DNA from: Bacteroidota bacterium
GTDB taxonomy: Bacteria > Bacteroidota > Bacteroidia > UKL13-3
Length of the DNA stretch: 64,000 nucleotides
Direction of reading: 5' to 3'
Assembly (NCBI GenBank): GCA_025359805.1
Contig: JANYDU010000012.1
Location: forward strand, 3,689 to 67,688
The translations under genes were made by a program, and so were the position numbers. The notes under the pieces were generated by a model. The model saw only the letters and a list, made by a program, of their open reading frames with translations, was not told the DNA's origin and did no database searches. Each line of letters begins with the position of its first letter. Positions within the stretch are counted from its first letter, which is position 1. Positions 19,055 through 29,130 of this stretch are shown here, piece after piece.

Positions 19055-19630
19055 TTATTTTTTAACAGGAGTTGGTGGTGTTGAATTTGGAGTTGATGGA
19101 GCTTCTCCAATCAATAATTTTTTCTTAACCAATGAAAGTACATTTTCACCTTCAGGTTTATATAAAAGAGGTGAGCCTGGACTTGAGTCAAAAACATAAT
19201 AGAAGTTATTTTCTTTTGCAACCTCACCAATAGCTTTTTTAGCTTTTTCGATAATGGGCTTCAGTAATTCCTCTTCTTTTTTACGAACGTTTTGTTGCGC
19301 AGATTGCTGAAACTCTTGAACACGAGACTGCATATCACGTATTTCTTTTTCCTTAGCCTCTTTAACGGCTTCAATCATTTTAGGTCCGTTTTTTTGATAG
19401 TCTTCATATTTTTTTTCAAACTCTGAATTCATTTTTTTGAGTTCATCTTCAAGTTGTTTACCATATGATTCCATATCCATATTAGCCTTTTTGTACTCGG
19501 GCATTTGTTGCATCAAATCCTGAAAATCGATGTAACCTAATTTGTGTGCTTGCTGAGCTTTCACACCTGTAAATCCTAAACACACTAACGTAAACGCAGC
19601 TAATGTGATGTTAAAAATTGTTTTCTTCAT
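19055..19630 (-). CDS. OmpH/Skp-family periplasmic chaperone
   Basis: Signal peptide plus coiled-coil, Lys/Glu-rich; GYIDFQDLMQQMPEYKKA is a typical OmpH start. Located downstream of bamA. Confidence 0.85.
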   Translation of the reverse strand: MKKTIFNITLAAFTLVCLGFTGVKAQQAHKLGYIDFQDLMQQMPEYKKANMDMESYGKQLEDELKKMNSEFEKKYEDYQKNGPKMIEAVKEAKEKEIRDMQSRVQEFQQSAQQNVRKKEEELLKPIIEKAKKAIGEVAKENNFYYVFDSSPGSPLLYKPEGENVLSLVKKKLLIGEAPSTPNSTPPTPVKK

Positions 19631-19632
19631 TT

Positions 19633-20199
19633 TTACTTTTTGTTGTTAGTGTTATTATTATTTGTTTTAGTTTTATCTTTAGTAACAGCTATGCCAAGCT
19701 CGGTTAATACTTCATCACTTTTATCATACTTGGCATTTGTATATAGCATAATAAGCTCGCCTGATTTGGCAAATATAAAATCTAATGCGCTTTGTTTTGC
19801 AATTTTTTGAACGGCATCAAAAACCTTATCTTGAATGGGTTTTATTAGCTCTTGTCTTTTCTTAAAAAGTTGTCCTTCAAAACCAAATTTTTGATTGCGG
19901 AAATCACGAACTTCTTTTTCTTTATCTTTAATTTCCTGCTCACGTTTTTTACGAAGATCTTCTGTAAGCAAAACTTGCTCGGCCTGAAAATCTTTGTACA
20001 TTTTATCAATGGCTAATTGCTTTTTTTCAATTTCTTTTTGCCAATCTTCAGAAAGCTGATCGAGTTGTTTTTGTGCCGAACGATAATCGGGCATCATATC
20101 CAAAATATATTCCGTATCTACATAAGCAAATCGCTGCGCATAACTACAAAGCGATAATGTTAATGTGAAAAAAATAAAGAAGCTAATTTTTTTTATCAT
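19633..20199 (-). CDS. OmpH/Skp-family periplasmic chaperone (second copy)
   Basis: FAYVDTEYILDMMPDYRSAQKQLDQL…; the same architecture immediately downstream of bamA. Confidence 0.85.
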   Translation of the reverse strand: MIKKISFFIFFTLTLSLCSYAQRFAYVDTEYILDMMPDYRSAQKQLDQLSEDWQKEIEKKQLAIDKMYKDFQAEQVLLTEDLRKKREQEIKDKEKEVRDFRNQKFGFEGQLFKKRQELIKPIQDKVFDAVQKIAKQSALDFIFAKSGELIMLYTNAKYDKSDEVLTELGIAVTKDKTKTNNNNTNNKK

Positions 20200-20213
20200 A
20201 ACGTGTAGCTTAA

Positions 20214-22757
20214 TTAAAATTGTTGACCAATTAAGAAGTGGAAATTACCACCATTAGCTGATGGACTAAATGGTACTACATCAAAACCATACCCATAATC
20301 TAACCCAATCATGCCAAACATAGGTAAAAATATTCTAACACCAGCTCCGCACGATCTGTAAATTTCAAAAGGATTATAATCTTTAAATTGAAGCCAAGCG
20401 CCTCCTGCTTCAATAAATACTAATGGATAAACTGTGGCTTGTGGATTTGGCGAAAGTAAATAGCGTAACTCCATTGTGTATCTATCATAAATAGTTCCTC
20501 CTTGTCGTTGAATGGTTCCGTTAATAGTTGTTATAGGTGTGAGGGAATTATCTTGATAGCCACGTAATGCAATGAGTTCGCGCCCATCTAAATTGAACCC
20601 TAATAAACCTGCACCACCTACCCAAAACCGTTCAAATGGAGTAACTCCTACATCTGCATTATAATATCCTATAAATCCAAAATTTGCTCTACTCATTAAT
20701 ACTAATTTGGAAGTTATTTTTGTATAGAAAGTGGCATCAAATTTCCATTTATGAAACTCAAGCCAATGTAGTTTTGATGCTGCATCTAACTTTGAATAAT
20801 CACGTCCACTAAGTAAACTATAAGGTGGAGTGAATTCAAGAGAGGCAGAAATATTTGAGCCCTCTGTTGGAAATATTGGACTTGGCCCTGCGGAATTTCT
20901 GGCAAAAATTAATTTAAAACTTAAGCTGTTTGTTCCTCCTGCTGGAACAGTTGCTAAATAACTTTGCCCAGTAAGTGGACTGGCATAATTATCATATCGT
21001 TTATAACTGACTTGATTTTGAAGCGTAAAAAAATCATCTGGCCATTTTAATCGTCTACCTAAACCCACAACTATACCTGTTGTATTAAGTGATGCTCTTC
21101 TTCCATCACCAATAGAATAGCCATTACTTTGTATAGAGTAGTTTGTTGAAACGGAAAACGACATCGGTTTTTTACCACCAAGCCAAGGCTCAGTAAATGA
21201 TGCGCTGTATGATTGATAATAGGTTCCGTTTGTTTGTGCGCGTAATGATAATCGTTGCCCATCACCTGATGGAACCGGAGACCATGCATGTTTTTCAAAC
21301 ATTCTTCTTGTAGAAAAATTATTGAGCGTTAATCCCAGCGTACCAATAATAGAACTTGCTCCCCAACCGGCCGAAAGTTCTATCTGATCATTTGGTTTTT
21401 CTTCTACTTTATATTCAATATCTACGGTTCCACTTTCGGGGTGAGGAACGGGATTTACCCCTAATGCCTCTTGGTTAAAATAACCTACTTGCGAAAGTTC
21501 GCGTAATGATCGAGTAACATCTGATCGGCTAAACAATTGCCCAGGTTTAGTTCTTAGCTCACGTAAAATAACATGGTCACTTGTTTTGGTATTTCCTTTA
21601 ACGGTTACTTTATTTATTCGAGCTTGATCACCCTCGCGTATTCTTATTTCTAAATCAATCGAATCATTTTCAACCAACACTTCAACAGGCATAATGTTAA
21701 AAAACAAATATCCATCATCCATATAAAGTGTGCTTATATCAAGACCATTTTGGCTCATGTTTAATCGTTGATCAAGTATGGATTGATCATATACATCACC
21801 TTTTTTTATTTTTAAAATACTGTTTAACTCTTCAGTTGTGTATTTTGTGTTTCCTATAAAAGTGATGTTGCGGAAATAGTATTTTTTACCTTCAAAAATA
21901 TTTACATGAATATTGAGGGATGTTTTATCATGCCTATATACGGAGTCGGAAATAATTTCAATATCACGATAACCCATTGCCAAATATTTTTCGGTAATCT
22001 TACTTTTATCTTCGTAAAAATCATCCTCAATGTATTTTGATTTTGCAAGAAATTTGCGCTTACGTTTTGTTTTTTTTAAGAGCCCTAATAATTGCTTATT
22101 TGTTAATGCCGTATTGCCGCTAAAAGTAATATCGTAAATTTTAATTCTTGGTCCTTTTACAACATTAATTTTTAGTTTAGCAGTATTCTTTTGAGGGTTA
22201 TCAGGCTCTTGTTCAATCTTAGCATCGGCATCTAAATATCCTTTTTCTGTATAATGTTTTTTAATTTCATTACGGGTGCTGTTAATCATATTTTCTGTTA
22301 TGATTTGCCCTGATTTAATGGTTAGTTCTTCTCGTAAAGTATTTGCTTTTCCTTTTTTTAGCCCTTTTATAGCGAAGGTTGATAAACGAGGTTTTTCACG
22401 TAAATAAATCTCAAGAGTTAATTTATCTTCTTGAATATCCATTACTCTAATTTTTACATCATCAAACAATTTTTGTTTCCATAAATTAGTAATGGCTCTG
22501 CTTATATCTTCTGATGGAATTTTTATTTTTTGACCAATCGTTAAGCTTGATAAAATTTGCAATACACTTTTATCATAAAAATTGGTTCCTGTAATAACAA
22601 TATTAGTTAATTCATAAGTTCGAGGACGGGAGTAATCTATAAAATCAGATTTTACCCCAAATCCTTTAACAATAGTGGTATCTTCTGTTTGCGAGAATGC
22701 AATAACAGTTTGTAAAAAAAATACAGCTAAAAAAAAATGTTTTAATAGGTTCATCAA
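20214..22757 (-). CDS. bamA: Outer membrane protein assembly factor BamA
   Basis: 847 aa, N-terminal POTRA repeats and C-terminal Omp85 barrel ending …HFLIGQQF. Conserved uppS-bamA-ompH-ompH arrangement. Confidence 0.92.
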   Translation of the reverse strand: MMNLLKHFFLAVFFLQTVIAFSQTEDTTIVKGFGVKSDFIDYSRPRTYELTNIVITGTNFYDKSVLQILSSLTIGQKIKIPSEDISRAITNLWKQKLFDDVKIRVMDIQEDKLTLEIYLREKPRLSTFAIKGLKKGKANTLREELTIKSGQIITENMINSTRNEIKKHYTEKGYLDADAKIEQEPDNPQKNTAKLKINVVKGPRIKIYDITFSGNTALTNKQLLGLLKKTKRKRKFLAKSKYIEDDFYEDKSKITEKYLAMGYRDIEIISDSVYRHDKTSLNIHVNIFEGKKYYFRNITFIGNTKYTTEELNSILKIKKGDVYDQSILDQRLNMSQNGLDISTLYMDDGYLFFNIMPVEVLVENDSIDLEIRIREGDQARINKVTVKGNTKTSDHVILRELRTKPGQLFSRSDVTRSLRELSQVGYFNQEALGVNPVPHPESGTVDIEYKVEEKPNDQIELSAGWGASSIIGTLGLTLNNFSTRRMFEKHAWSPVPSGDGQRLSLRAQTNGTYYQSYSASFTEPWLGGKKPMSFSVSTNYSIQSNGYSIGDGRRASLNTTGIVVGLGRRLKWPDDFFTLQNQVSYKRYDNYASPLTGQSYLATVPAGGTNSLSFKLIFARNSAGPSPIFPTEGSNISASLEFTPPYSLLSGRDYSKLDAASKLHWLEFHKWKFDATFYTKITSKLVLMSRANFGFIGYYNADVGVTPFERFWVGGAGLLGFNLDGRELIALRGYQDNSLTPITTINGTIQRQGGTIYDRYTMELRYLLSPNPQATVYPLVFIEAGGAWLQFKDYNPFEIYRSCGAGVRIFLPMFGMIGLDYGYGFDVVPFSPSANGGNFHFLIGQQF

Positions 22758-23497
22758 CTCGTTACTTGCTCACTGGTTTTTCCAAATCTTCTTTCACGCT
22801 GTTGGAAGTTAATGATTGCTTGATATAAATCTTCACGATTAAAATCAGGCCAAAGTTTATCTGTAAAATATAATTCGCTGTAAGCTAATTCCCACAATAA
22901 AAAATTGCTTATACGATGTTCACCACTTGTTCTTATCATCAATTCGGGGTGAGGAAAATTTTTGGTTGATAAATTTTCATCAATGGTTTTATCATTAATC
23001 TCATCAATCGCTAATTCACCATTTTTAACTTTTTGTGCAATTAATTTTGTTGCATTAATCATGTCCCATTTTGCACTATAGCTTAACGCTAATATCATTG
23101 TTAATCTTGTATTATGTTTGGTTTCTTCAATAGCAATTTTCAATTCTCGTTGGCATTTTTCAGGGAGGTCGTCCATATTTCCGATGCTCTCCAGTTTGAT
23201 ATTATTTTTCATTAACGTTTTAGTTTCTTTTCTAATTGTAGAAACTAATAATTCCATTAAAGCCATTACTTCTGCTGCTGGTCTCGACCAATTTTCGGTA
23301 GAGAACGCATAAAGAGTTAAAAATTTTACTCCAATTTCGGCACAAGCTTCGGAAACTTCTCGCACAGCACCCACACCATTTTGATGACCAAAAATTCTGA
23401 ATTTTCCTTTCCCTTTAGCCCACCTACCATTCCCATCCATAATGATGGCAATATGAGAAGGGATTTTATCGGTATTGATGGAATTTTTGAGTGTCAT
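22754..23497 (-). CDS. uppS: Isoprenyl transferase (undecaprenyl diphosphate synthase)
   Basis: HIAIIMDGNGRWAK and …RTSGEHRISNFLLWELAYSELYF. Confidence 0.92.
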   Translation of the reverse strand: MTLKNSINTDKIPSHIAIIMDGNGRWAKGKGKFRIFGHQNGVGAVREVSEACAEIGVKFLTLYAFSTENWSRPAAEVMALMELLVSTIRKETKTLMKNNIKLESIGNMDDLPEKCQRELKIAIEETKHNTRLTMILALSYSAKWDMINATKLIAQKVKNGELAIDEINDKTIDENLSTKNFPHPELMIRTSGEHRISNFLLWELAYSELYFTDKLWPDFNREDLYQAIINFQQRERRFGKTSEQVTS

Positions 23498-23518
23498 ATT
23501 TTTTGTAAGCGTGCGAAT

Positions 23519-24340
23519 TTAATAAAATCTAGCACACTTTACCCTGCTGTATATTCTATAACTGATGCTAACCCCACCAATCATATACCAATCATTAAAG
23601 TCAGGATTTCCCCGTTTGTATCCTTTTTTATTTACAAATGTTCCCTCATTTAGCAATGAAGATGGATCTGTCATTACAGCTGCTATATGGCTTTTTTGTA
23701 ATTGAACATTAATATCAGGGTATGTTTTACTCACATCATCTAAATAATCGGTGTAAGTTTTTCTAAATCCAAACTGGCATTCCAAGCTGATATTTTTATT
23801 TATTCGCCACTTCAATCCAATTCCAAATGGTACAGCAAATGAGTATGATTGATAAGTGTTTTCTGAACCTTCGGTGTGTAAATCTTTCAAGTTTACCCAT
23901 TGTCCATTATATTGTCCTTGAGGGTTGAATCCAAATACGGCAATACCGGCAAATAAATAGGAAGTAAATTTGTTGTCTAAAACCCCAACCCCATATTTTA
24001 AGTAATTAAATTCAAATGTTGACGCATATTCATAAATATTTGATCTAAAGTTTAGATTTCTGGCGGCATTAAAATCAAAATTTTTATCGTTACCCGAAAC
24101 TTCTGCTACCATTAATGAATTTGTCCAAGCCCAAGTGGAAGACATATTTATTCTCATGAAAGCGCCTCCTGCACCTTTAGTTTCTTGTATTACAGGAGTT
24201 GGTGCCAAATCACCTATATAATTTGCCATACCAATAGTAGTTCCAATCTCTATATTTTGAGAAAAGGAAATTTTGAACACAACAATAAGAGAAATAGTTG
24301 TAAAAAAATAAAGAGAAGTTTGTTTTAGAATTTTGGACAT
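23519..24340 (-). CDS. DUF6089-family outer-membrane beta-barrel protein (paralog 1)
   Basis: Signal peptide, NYIGDL motif, VPFGIGLKWR…YLDDVSKTY, C-terminal …CARFY. This family conventionally sits upstream of uppS. Confidence 0.7.
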   Translation of the reverse strand: MSKILKQTSLYFFTTISLIVVFKISFSQNIEIGTTIGMANYIGDLAPTPVIQETKGAGGAFMRINMSSTWAWTNSLMVAEVSGNDKNFDFNAARNLNFRSNIYEYASTFEFNYLKYGVGVLDNKFTSYLFAGIAVFGFNPQGQYNGQWVNLKDLHTEGSENTYQSYSFAVPFGIGLKWRINKNISLECQFGFRKTYTDYLDDVSKTYPDINVQLQKSHIAAVMTDPSSLLNEGTFVNKKGYKRGNPDFNDWYMIGGVSISYRIYSRVKCARFY

Positions 24341-25179
24341 TTCATTCCTTGATTTCGGAATACATATGTAAAGCTTAAGCCTCCCATAAAATACATATCA
24401 GTAAACGGAAAAGATTTATATCCTCTAGCATCACCTTCTTTAAAAACATTTCCTACATCTTTAGATGTTTTCTCCCCACTTCTGTCTGATAAAGCTTGTG
24501 CGATAGCACCATTTGACGCACCAACAAGCCTTGCATCTGCATATGTTCCTGATACATCATCAAGATAATTTGTTGTTGTAATTCTAACTCCAAATTCAAT
24601 TCCAACAGAAATATGCTTACCAACCTTTTTCTTAAATCCCATTCCTAATGGAATACAAATAGTGGTTAATGCGTATTTTTCTCTATCATTATATTGTGTT
24701 GTTCCTTGTCCTTCGGTTCCAAGTGGTTGAAGTTCGTAAGTTGTCCCCTGATAGATTGTTTTTGGATTAAAATTAAATACTCCTATCCCTCCAAAAATGT
24801 ATGGTATTAGCCTATTTTTACCTGAAATATTCTTTATGAGATTAAATTCTACTTGTGCAGAAAACTCATAGATGTCAGAATAGAAACTAAGGTTACGCGT
24901 TTTCCTGTAGTCACTGCTTCCAAGCGAATCAGCACCAGATACTCTTCCGTAACCAAAATATCCTTTTAATGCCCATTTACCATTTATATTATACCTTCCA
25001 AGGATTGCTGCAGAGGGATGTGTTTGAGAAAGCATAATACTATTATTACTTAAGTCACCATAATAATTTGATGCACCCAATAATACTCCAAATTCAATTC
25101 CTTGTGCTGAAAGTTTGAATATGGAAAACGAAAGAAGTAAGAAAAAAAAGCTTACTTTAATTTTTTTCATGAAAGGCAA
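24325..25179 (-). CDS. DUF6089-family outer-membrane beta-barrel protein (paralog 2)
   Basis: NYYGDL, IPLGMGFKKK…NYLDDVSGTY, C-terminal …CPKF. Confidence 0.7.
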   Translation of the reverse strand: MPFMKKIKVSFFFLLLSFSIFKLSAQGIEFGVLLGASNYYGDLSNNSIMLSQTHPSAAILGRYNINGKWALKGYFGYGRVSGADSLGSSDYRKTRNLSFYSDIYEFSAQVEFNLIKNISGKNRLIPYIFGGIGVFNFNPKTIYQGTTYELQPLGTEGQGTTQYNDREKYALTTICIPLGMGFKKKVGKHISVGIEFGVRITTTNYLDDVSGTYADARLVGASNGAIAQALSDRSGEKTSKDVGNVFKEGDARGYKSFPFTDMYFMGGLSFTYVFRNQGMKCPKF

Positions 25180-25224
25180 ATATAGCCTTATAACGAATTA
25201 ATGCAAGAAAAGATTGTTGAGATA

Positions 25225-26115
25225 TTAATAGAAACGGGGGCATCTAATAGCACGACCACTATACCCACCACCACCACCGCCAGAAGTGCCAATTCTATAT
25301 CCAAGTGTGAGTCCGCCAATAACGTAAACGTCATTAATAGCGATTTTTCCTCTTAATTGACCAGATCTAGTTAGTTGACCATTTTCTGCCTCTGATGTGT
25401 AGTCTCTACCATTAGTTCTATCCGTCATATAATATGCTTGTTTAGGAAAAGGGCTTTTAGAAAGCAAATTAGCACTTGGGTAATACGCTTTAGATCCACC
25501 AACGTCATCAATGTAAGAAGTAGATGTATATCTTAGACCTAGTTCTAAGCCTAAATTAATATGTGATGTAACCTTATATCTAAACCCTACACCAAAAGGA
25601 ATACATACCGCATATTGCGCAACTGGCTTTCCTTCAGTTTGTAATTGTGCAAGCCCTATTGGAACAGTCGGAGCAAGAATATAATAGGCATAATTGTTAA
25701 AATAAAATGCTCCTAAACCAACAAAAGCATAGGGAATAAATCTGTTTCGAAGTCTTCGTCCTCTTGTAATGTCTTTTATAAAGTTATACTCTAATTGAGC
25801 TGAACCTTCATAAATATCAGCCCAAAAAGAAAGATTTCTCCGCTTTTGAAATGCAGAAGTACTAATTGAATCTGCCCCTCCAATTCTTGCATAACCTCCA
25901 AAAAATTTAATCGCAATTCTTTCATTTACGTGATACCTGATAAATGCGCCCCCCGCCCCTTTTATAGTAGAAAGTTCTAACTCATTCACAATATCGCCAT
26001 AATAATATGAACCACCAACTAATAAACCAACTTCAAGTTTTTGTGCGAATGAAGAGAAAGCTCCAACGAGGATAAAAAAAAGGAATAAGTATTTTGTATA
26101 AATGCGTTGCATCAT
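25225..26115 (-). CDS. DUF6089-family outer-membrane beta-barrel protein (paralog 3, with a C-terminal poly-Gly insertion)
   Basis: YYYGDI, IPFGVGFRYK…SYIDDVGG, then GTSGGGGGGYSGRAIRCPRFY. The Gly run is encoded by a (CCA)n tract on the plus strand at 25264-25281. Confidence 0.7.
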   Translation of the reverse strand: MMQRIYTKYLFLFFILVGAFSSFAQKLEVGLLVGGSYYYGDIVNELELSTIKGAGGAFIRYHVNERIAIKFFGGYARIGGADSISTSAFQKRRNLSFWADIYEGSAQLEYNFIKDITRGRRLRNRFIPYAFVGLGAFYFNNYAYYILAPTVPIGLAQLQTEGKPVAQYAVCIPFGVGFRYKVTSHINLGLELGLRYTSTSYIDDVGGSKAYYPSANLLSKSPFPKQAYYMTDRTNGRDYTSEAENGQLTRSGQLRGKIAINDVYVIGGLTLGYRIGTSGGGGGGYSGRAIRCPRFY

Positions 26116-26204
26116 AGATTTTTAATCGTAGCAAAAGTATTACATAATTTTTCATATACAAACAACCGTAATGAAAAAACTTTAAAATCGTCAAATTTAT
26201 TCGC

Positions 26205-27089
26205 TTATATATTCCGATTATCCAAGCCCCACATCAGTTTTTTGCGTAATGTTTTCAAATAGTTATCTTCATTAAAACGAATCAATTTAAATTCAAAAGA
26301 GGCTTTTTTCACGGCTAATTGAACACTTTGGTCAATTGTTTCCGAACGAGAATCAAGAGAAACCAAAAAACTAGTACTTCTACCTTCAATTTCGAATGAG
26401 ATAATATTATTATCAGAAATAATCATTGGGCGAACATTTAAGTTATGAGGTGCAATGGGGGTAATTACAAAACTTGAAGCGCCTGGATACATAATTGGCC
26501 CGCCACAACTTAACGAATATCCTGTTGATCCAGTTGGTGTGGAAATAATTAACCCATCCGACCAATATGAATTGAGATATTCTCCATTAATATAGGTATG
26601 AATGGTAATCATAGCAGAACTGTCTTTTTTGTGAATTACAAAATCGTTTAAAGCAAAGTTTGTATGAGTAAAAATATTGCCACTCGATTCTAATTGTATA
26701 ACCGAACGGGAGTCAATTGAATAATGACCTTTAGATAAATTATCAATAGCTTTTTTAATATCAGAAGCAGATTCTCCCGCTAAAAAACCCAAACGTCCTT
26801 TATTAATGCCAAGAACTGGTATTGGATTATTTCCCATGTATACAATTGCATCTAAAATGGTTCCATCCCCACCCAATACGATGAAACAATCAGGATTATA
26901 TTTTTTTATATCTTCTTGGGTATTGAAGGTATCAGTGCTGCTGCATTTTAATCCCGAAGCAATACATTGTGCATAATAAAGGTCTTCTGTGATATATTCA
27001 ATTTCGCATTCGTTGAGATAATCAAAAAGCAATTGAATATCCTTGCTTAAGTCTTTTTTAAATACTCTGCTATAAACTGCAACTTTCAT
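26205..27089 (-). CDS. nadK: NAD(+) kinase
   Basis: GGDGTILDA and NDFVIHK motifs; 294 aa. Confidence 0.88.
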   Translation of the reverse strand: MKVAVYSRVFKKDLSKDIQLLFDYLNECEIEYITEDLYYAQCIASGLKCSSTDTFNTQEDIKKYNPDCFIVLGGDGTILDAIVYMGNNPIPVLGINKGRLGFLAGESASDIKKAIDNLSKGHYSIDSRSVIQLESSGNIFTHTNFALNDFVIHKKDSSAMITIHTYINGEYLNSYWSDGLIISTPTGSTGYSLSCGGPIMYPGASSFVITPIAPHNLNVRPMIISDNNIISFEIEGRSTSFLVSLDSRSETIDQSVQLAVKKASFEFKLIRFNEDNYLKTLRKKLMWGLDNRNI

Positions 27090-27090
27090 T

Positions 27091-27753
27091 TTACGTGTTT
27101 AAGTATTTAATTAACCAATCATATCGGTTTGCATAAGAATCATCAATTTTATCGGCTTGATGAACACTTCTAATAACTTTTCCATGTCGCTCTAAAGAGG
27201 TAGCCACATTTTTTAAATCTGTTTGATTAAATTTCATTGTTACCAAAATAGAATTGTTTTCATTAACCAACGTATTAATAAATACATTGATAATTTTTAC
27301 ATCATTGTATTCAACTATTCTAGAGAGCTCGGCAAGTGAATAATCTTTTGGCAACATTTCGAGAACGATAATTCCTCCTATTTGTGATAAAGAAGAATTT
27401 TTGTATATGACGTTTATTATTTCTTTGTAGGAGATGATTCCTGCAAAACTATTTTGAGCATTTACAACACCAATTGTAGAAAGCGATGATTCGCTAAAAA
27501 TTTTGAGTAGTTCAAATATATGTTGATGTGCGGTTGCGAAAAATTGTTTTTCGTTTTTTATCAGTTTATCAACCTTCGTTGATTTTGAGTTATTACTAAT
27601 TTCTTCGAGAGTTACATATCCTAGTAATTTATTATTTTCGACTACTGGCAAGTGCGCTATTTCCCAATCGTGCATAAATACCTGTGCAGTTTCGCAAGTA
27701 TCCGTTTTTTTGAGAGGAAATATTTCGTGTGATAAGAGAGTTTCTGCAAACAT
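27091..27753 (-). CDS. CBS domain-pair protein
   Basis: Two CBS-like segments (…IAHLPVVENNKLLGYVTLEEI… and …TIGVVNAQNSFAGIISYKEI…). Confidence 0.7.
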   Translation of the reverse strand: MFAETLLSHEIFPLKKTDTCETAQVFMHDWEIAHLPVVENNKLLGYVTLEEISNNSKSTKVDKLIKNEKQFFATAHQHIFELLKIFSESSLSTIGVVNAQNSFAGIISYKEIINVIYKNSSLSQIGGIIVLEMLPKDYSLAELSRIVEYNDVKIINVFINTLVNENNSILVTMKFNQTDLKNVATSLERHGKVIRSVHQADKIDDSYANRYDWLIKYLNT

Positions 27754-28517
27754 TATTTTTTCAAAATTCTTGAATAAAAATCATCTACTATCGAGTTAAA
27801 TTCTTGAGGTCTTTCCATCATTGCCGCATGTCCACAACAATCTAATAAATGCAATTCTGAATGAGGCAATAATTGATGAAACTCTTCGCCAACATGTGCA
27901 GGAGTTATCGTATCTTGTTTGCCCCAAATTAAACAGGTAGGTTGAATAAATGATGGAAGGTCTTTTCGCATATTGTGCCTAATTGCAGACTTAGCCATTG
28001 TTAAAATACGTAATACTTTCATTCTATCTTGAAGGGTTGAGTGTACCTCATCCACCAACTCATCTGTTGCTGATTTTGGGTTATAAAATGTAACACTTAT
28101 TCTTTCTCGTATGTATTCTTTATCGCCCTTTTTTGGATAAGATGAACCTAATGCACTTTCATACAACCCCGAACTTCCTGTTAAAACAAGTGAGTTAACC
28201 AATTGAGGATGTTTTTTAATGAAAACTAAAGCTACATGCCCTCCTAATGAATTTCCTAATACATTTACTTTTTTATATTGTTTGTATTCTACAAAATCAT
28301 AAATAAAATTGGCTAACCCATCTACGCTTAATTTAAGAATATTCATTTCAAAAATGGGCATGAGAGGAATAACAACTTTATACTTTTTTGAAAAATGATC
28401 GAGCACATCTTTCCAATTACTTAATGCCCCAAACAGACCGTGTAACAGCAACATTACTTCGCCTTCGCCTTGTTCAATATATTTAAAATCCCCTTCTTGT
28501 TTTAGCTGAACGTCCAT
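27753..28517 (-). CDS. Alpha/beta-fold hydrolase
   Basis: LLLHGLFGALSNW (oxyanion region) and GNSLGGHVAL (GxSxG nucleophile elbow). Confidence 0.8.
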   Translation of the reverse strand: MDVQLKQEGDFKYIEQGEGEVMLLLHGLFGALSNWKDVLDHFSKKYKVVIPLMPIFEMNILKLSVDGLANFIYDFVEYKQYKKVNVLGNSLGGHVALVFIKKHPQLVNSLVLTGSSGLYESALGSSYPKKGDKEYIRERISVTFYNPKSATDELVDEVHSTLQDRMKVLRILTMAKSAIRHNMRKDLPSFIQPTCLIWGKQDTITPAHVGEEFHQLLPHSELHLLDCCGHAAMMERPQEFNSIVDDFYSRILKK

Positions 28518-28557
28518 CCAATGATTAAATTCAAATCAAATATATAGTAAAAATCAT

Positions 28558-29130
28558 TTATGCCAATTCTTTTGCTATTTGCAAAAAGTTTTTGATGATG
28601 TGTGATCCTTTTTTTGTTAAACAAGATTCAGGATGAAATTGAATTCCAAATACAGGAAGAGTTTTATGTGCAATAGCCATTACCTCATCATTTTTACTTG
28701 TTGCAATAATTTGTAATGGACTTTTTATATTGTTTAAAATTAATGAATGATAACGTGTGGCATTAAACATATCAGGAACTTGGTTAAATAATTTATGATT
28801 TGTATGATACATCTCGTCAACTTTTCCATGTCTTGGAAGTTTAGATTTTACAAGCGTTGCTCCAAAAAATTCACCAATGGCTTGATGACCTAAACAAATT
28901 CCAAGGATAGGTTTTATTTGATGGCAGATTGAAATAATTTCCATCAATTCTCCTGATTCTTTTGGAGTTTTTGGCCCTGGAGAAATTACTATTGCATCGT
29001 ATTTATCCAATTCATTTTCATTTAATTTTTCATCATTTCTTTTTACTGTGCACTCACATCCAAATTGCTCAACATAATCTTTAAGCATATAAGTAAATGA
29101 ATCATAGTTATCAAGTAGAAAAATTTTCAT
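28558..29130 (-). CDS. Anthranilate/aminodeoxychorismate synthase component II (class I glutamine amidotransferase)
   Basis: MKIFLLDNYDSFTYML…, GICLGHQAIGEFFG (catalytic Cys) and …QFHPES. Confidence 0.85.
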   Translation of the reverse strand: MKIFLLDNYDSFTYMLKDYVEQFGCECTVKRNDEKLNENELDKYDAIVISPGPKTPKESGELMEIISICHQIKPILGICLGHQAIGEFFGATLVKSKLPRHGKVDEMYHTNHKLFNQVPDMFNATRYHSLILNNIKSPLQIIATSKNDEVMAIAHKTLPVFGIQFHPESCLTKKGSHIIKNFLQIAKELA

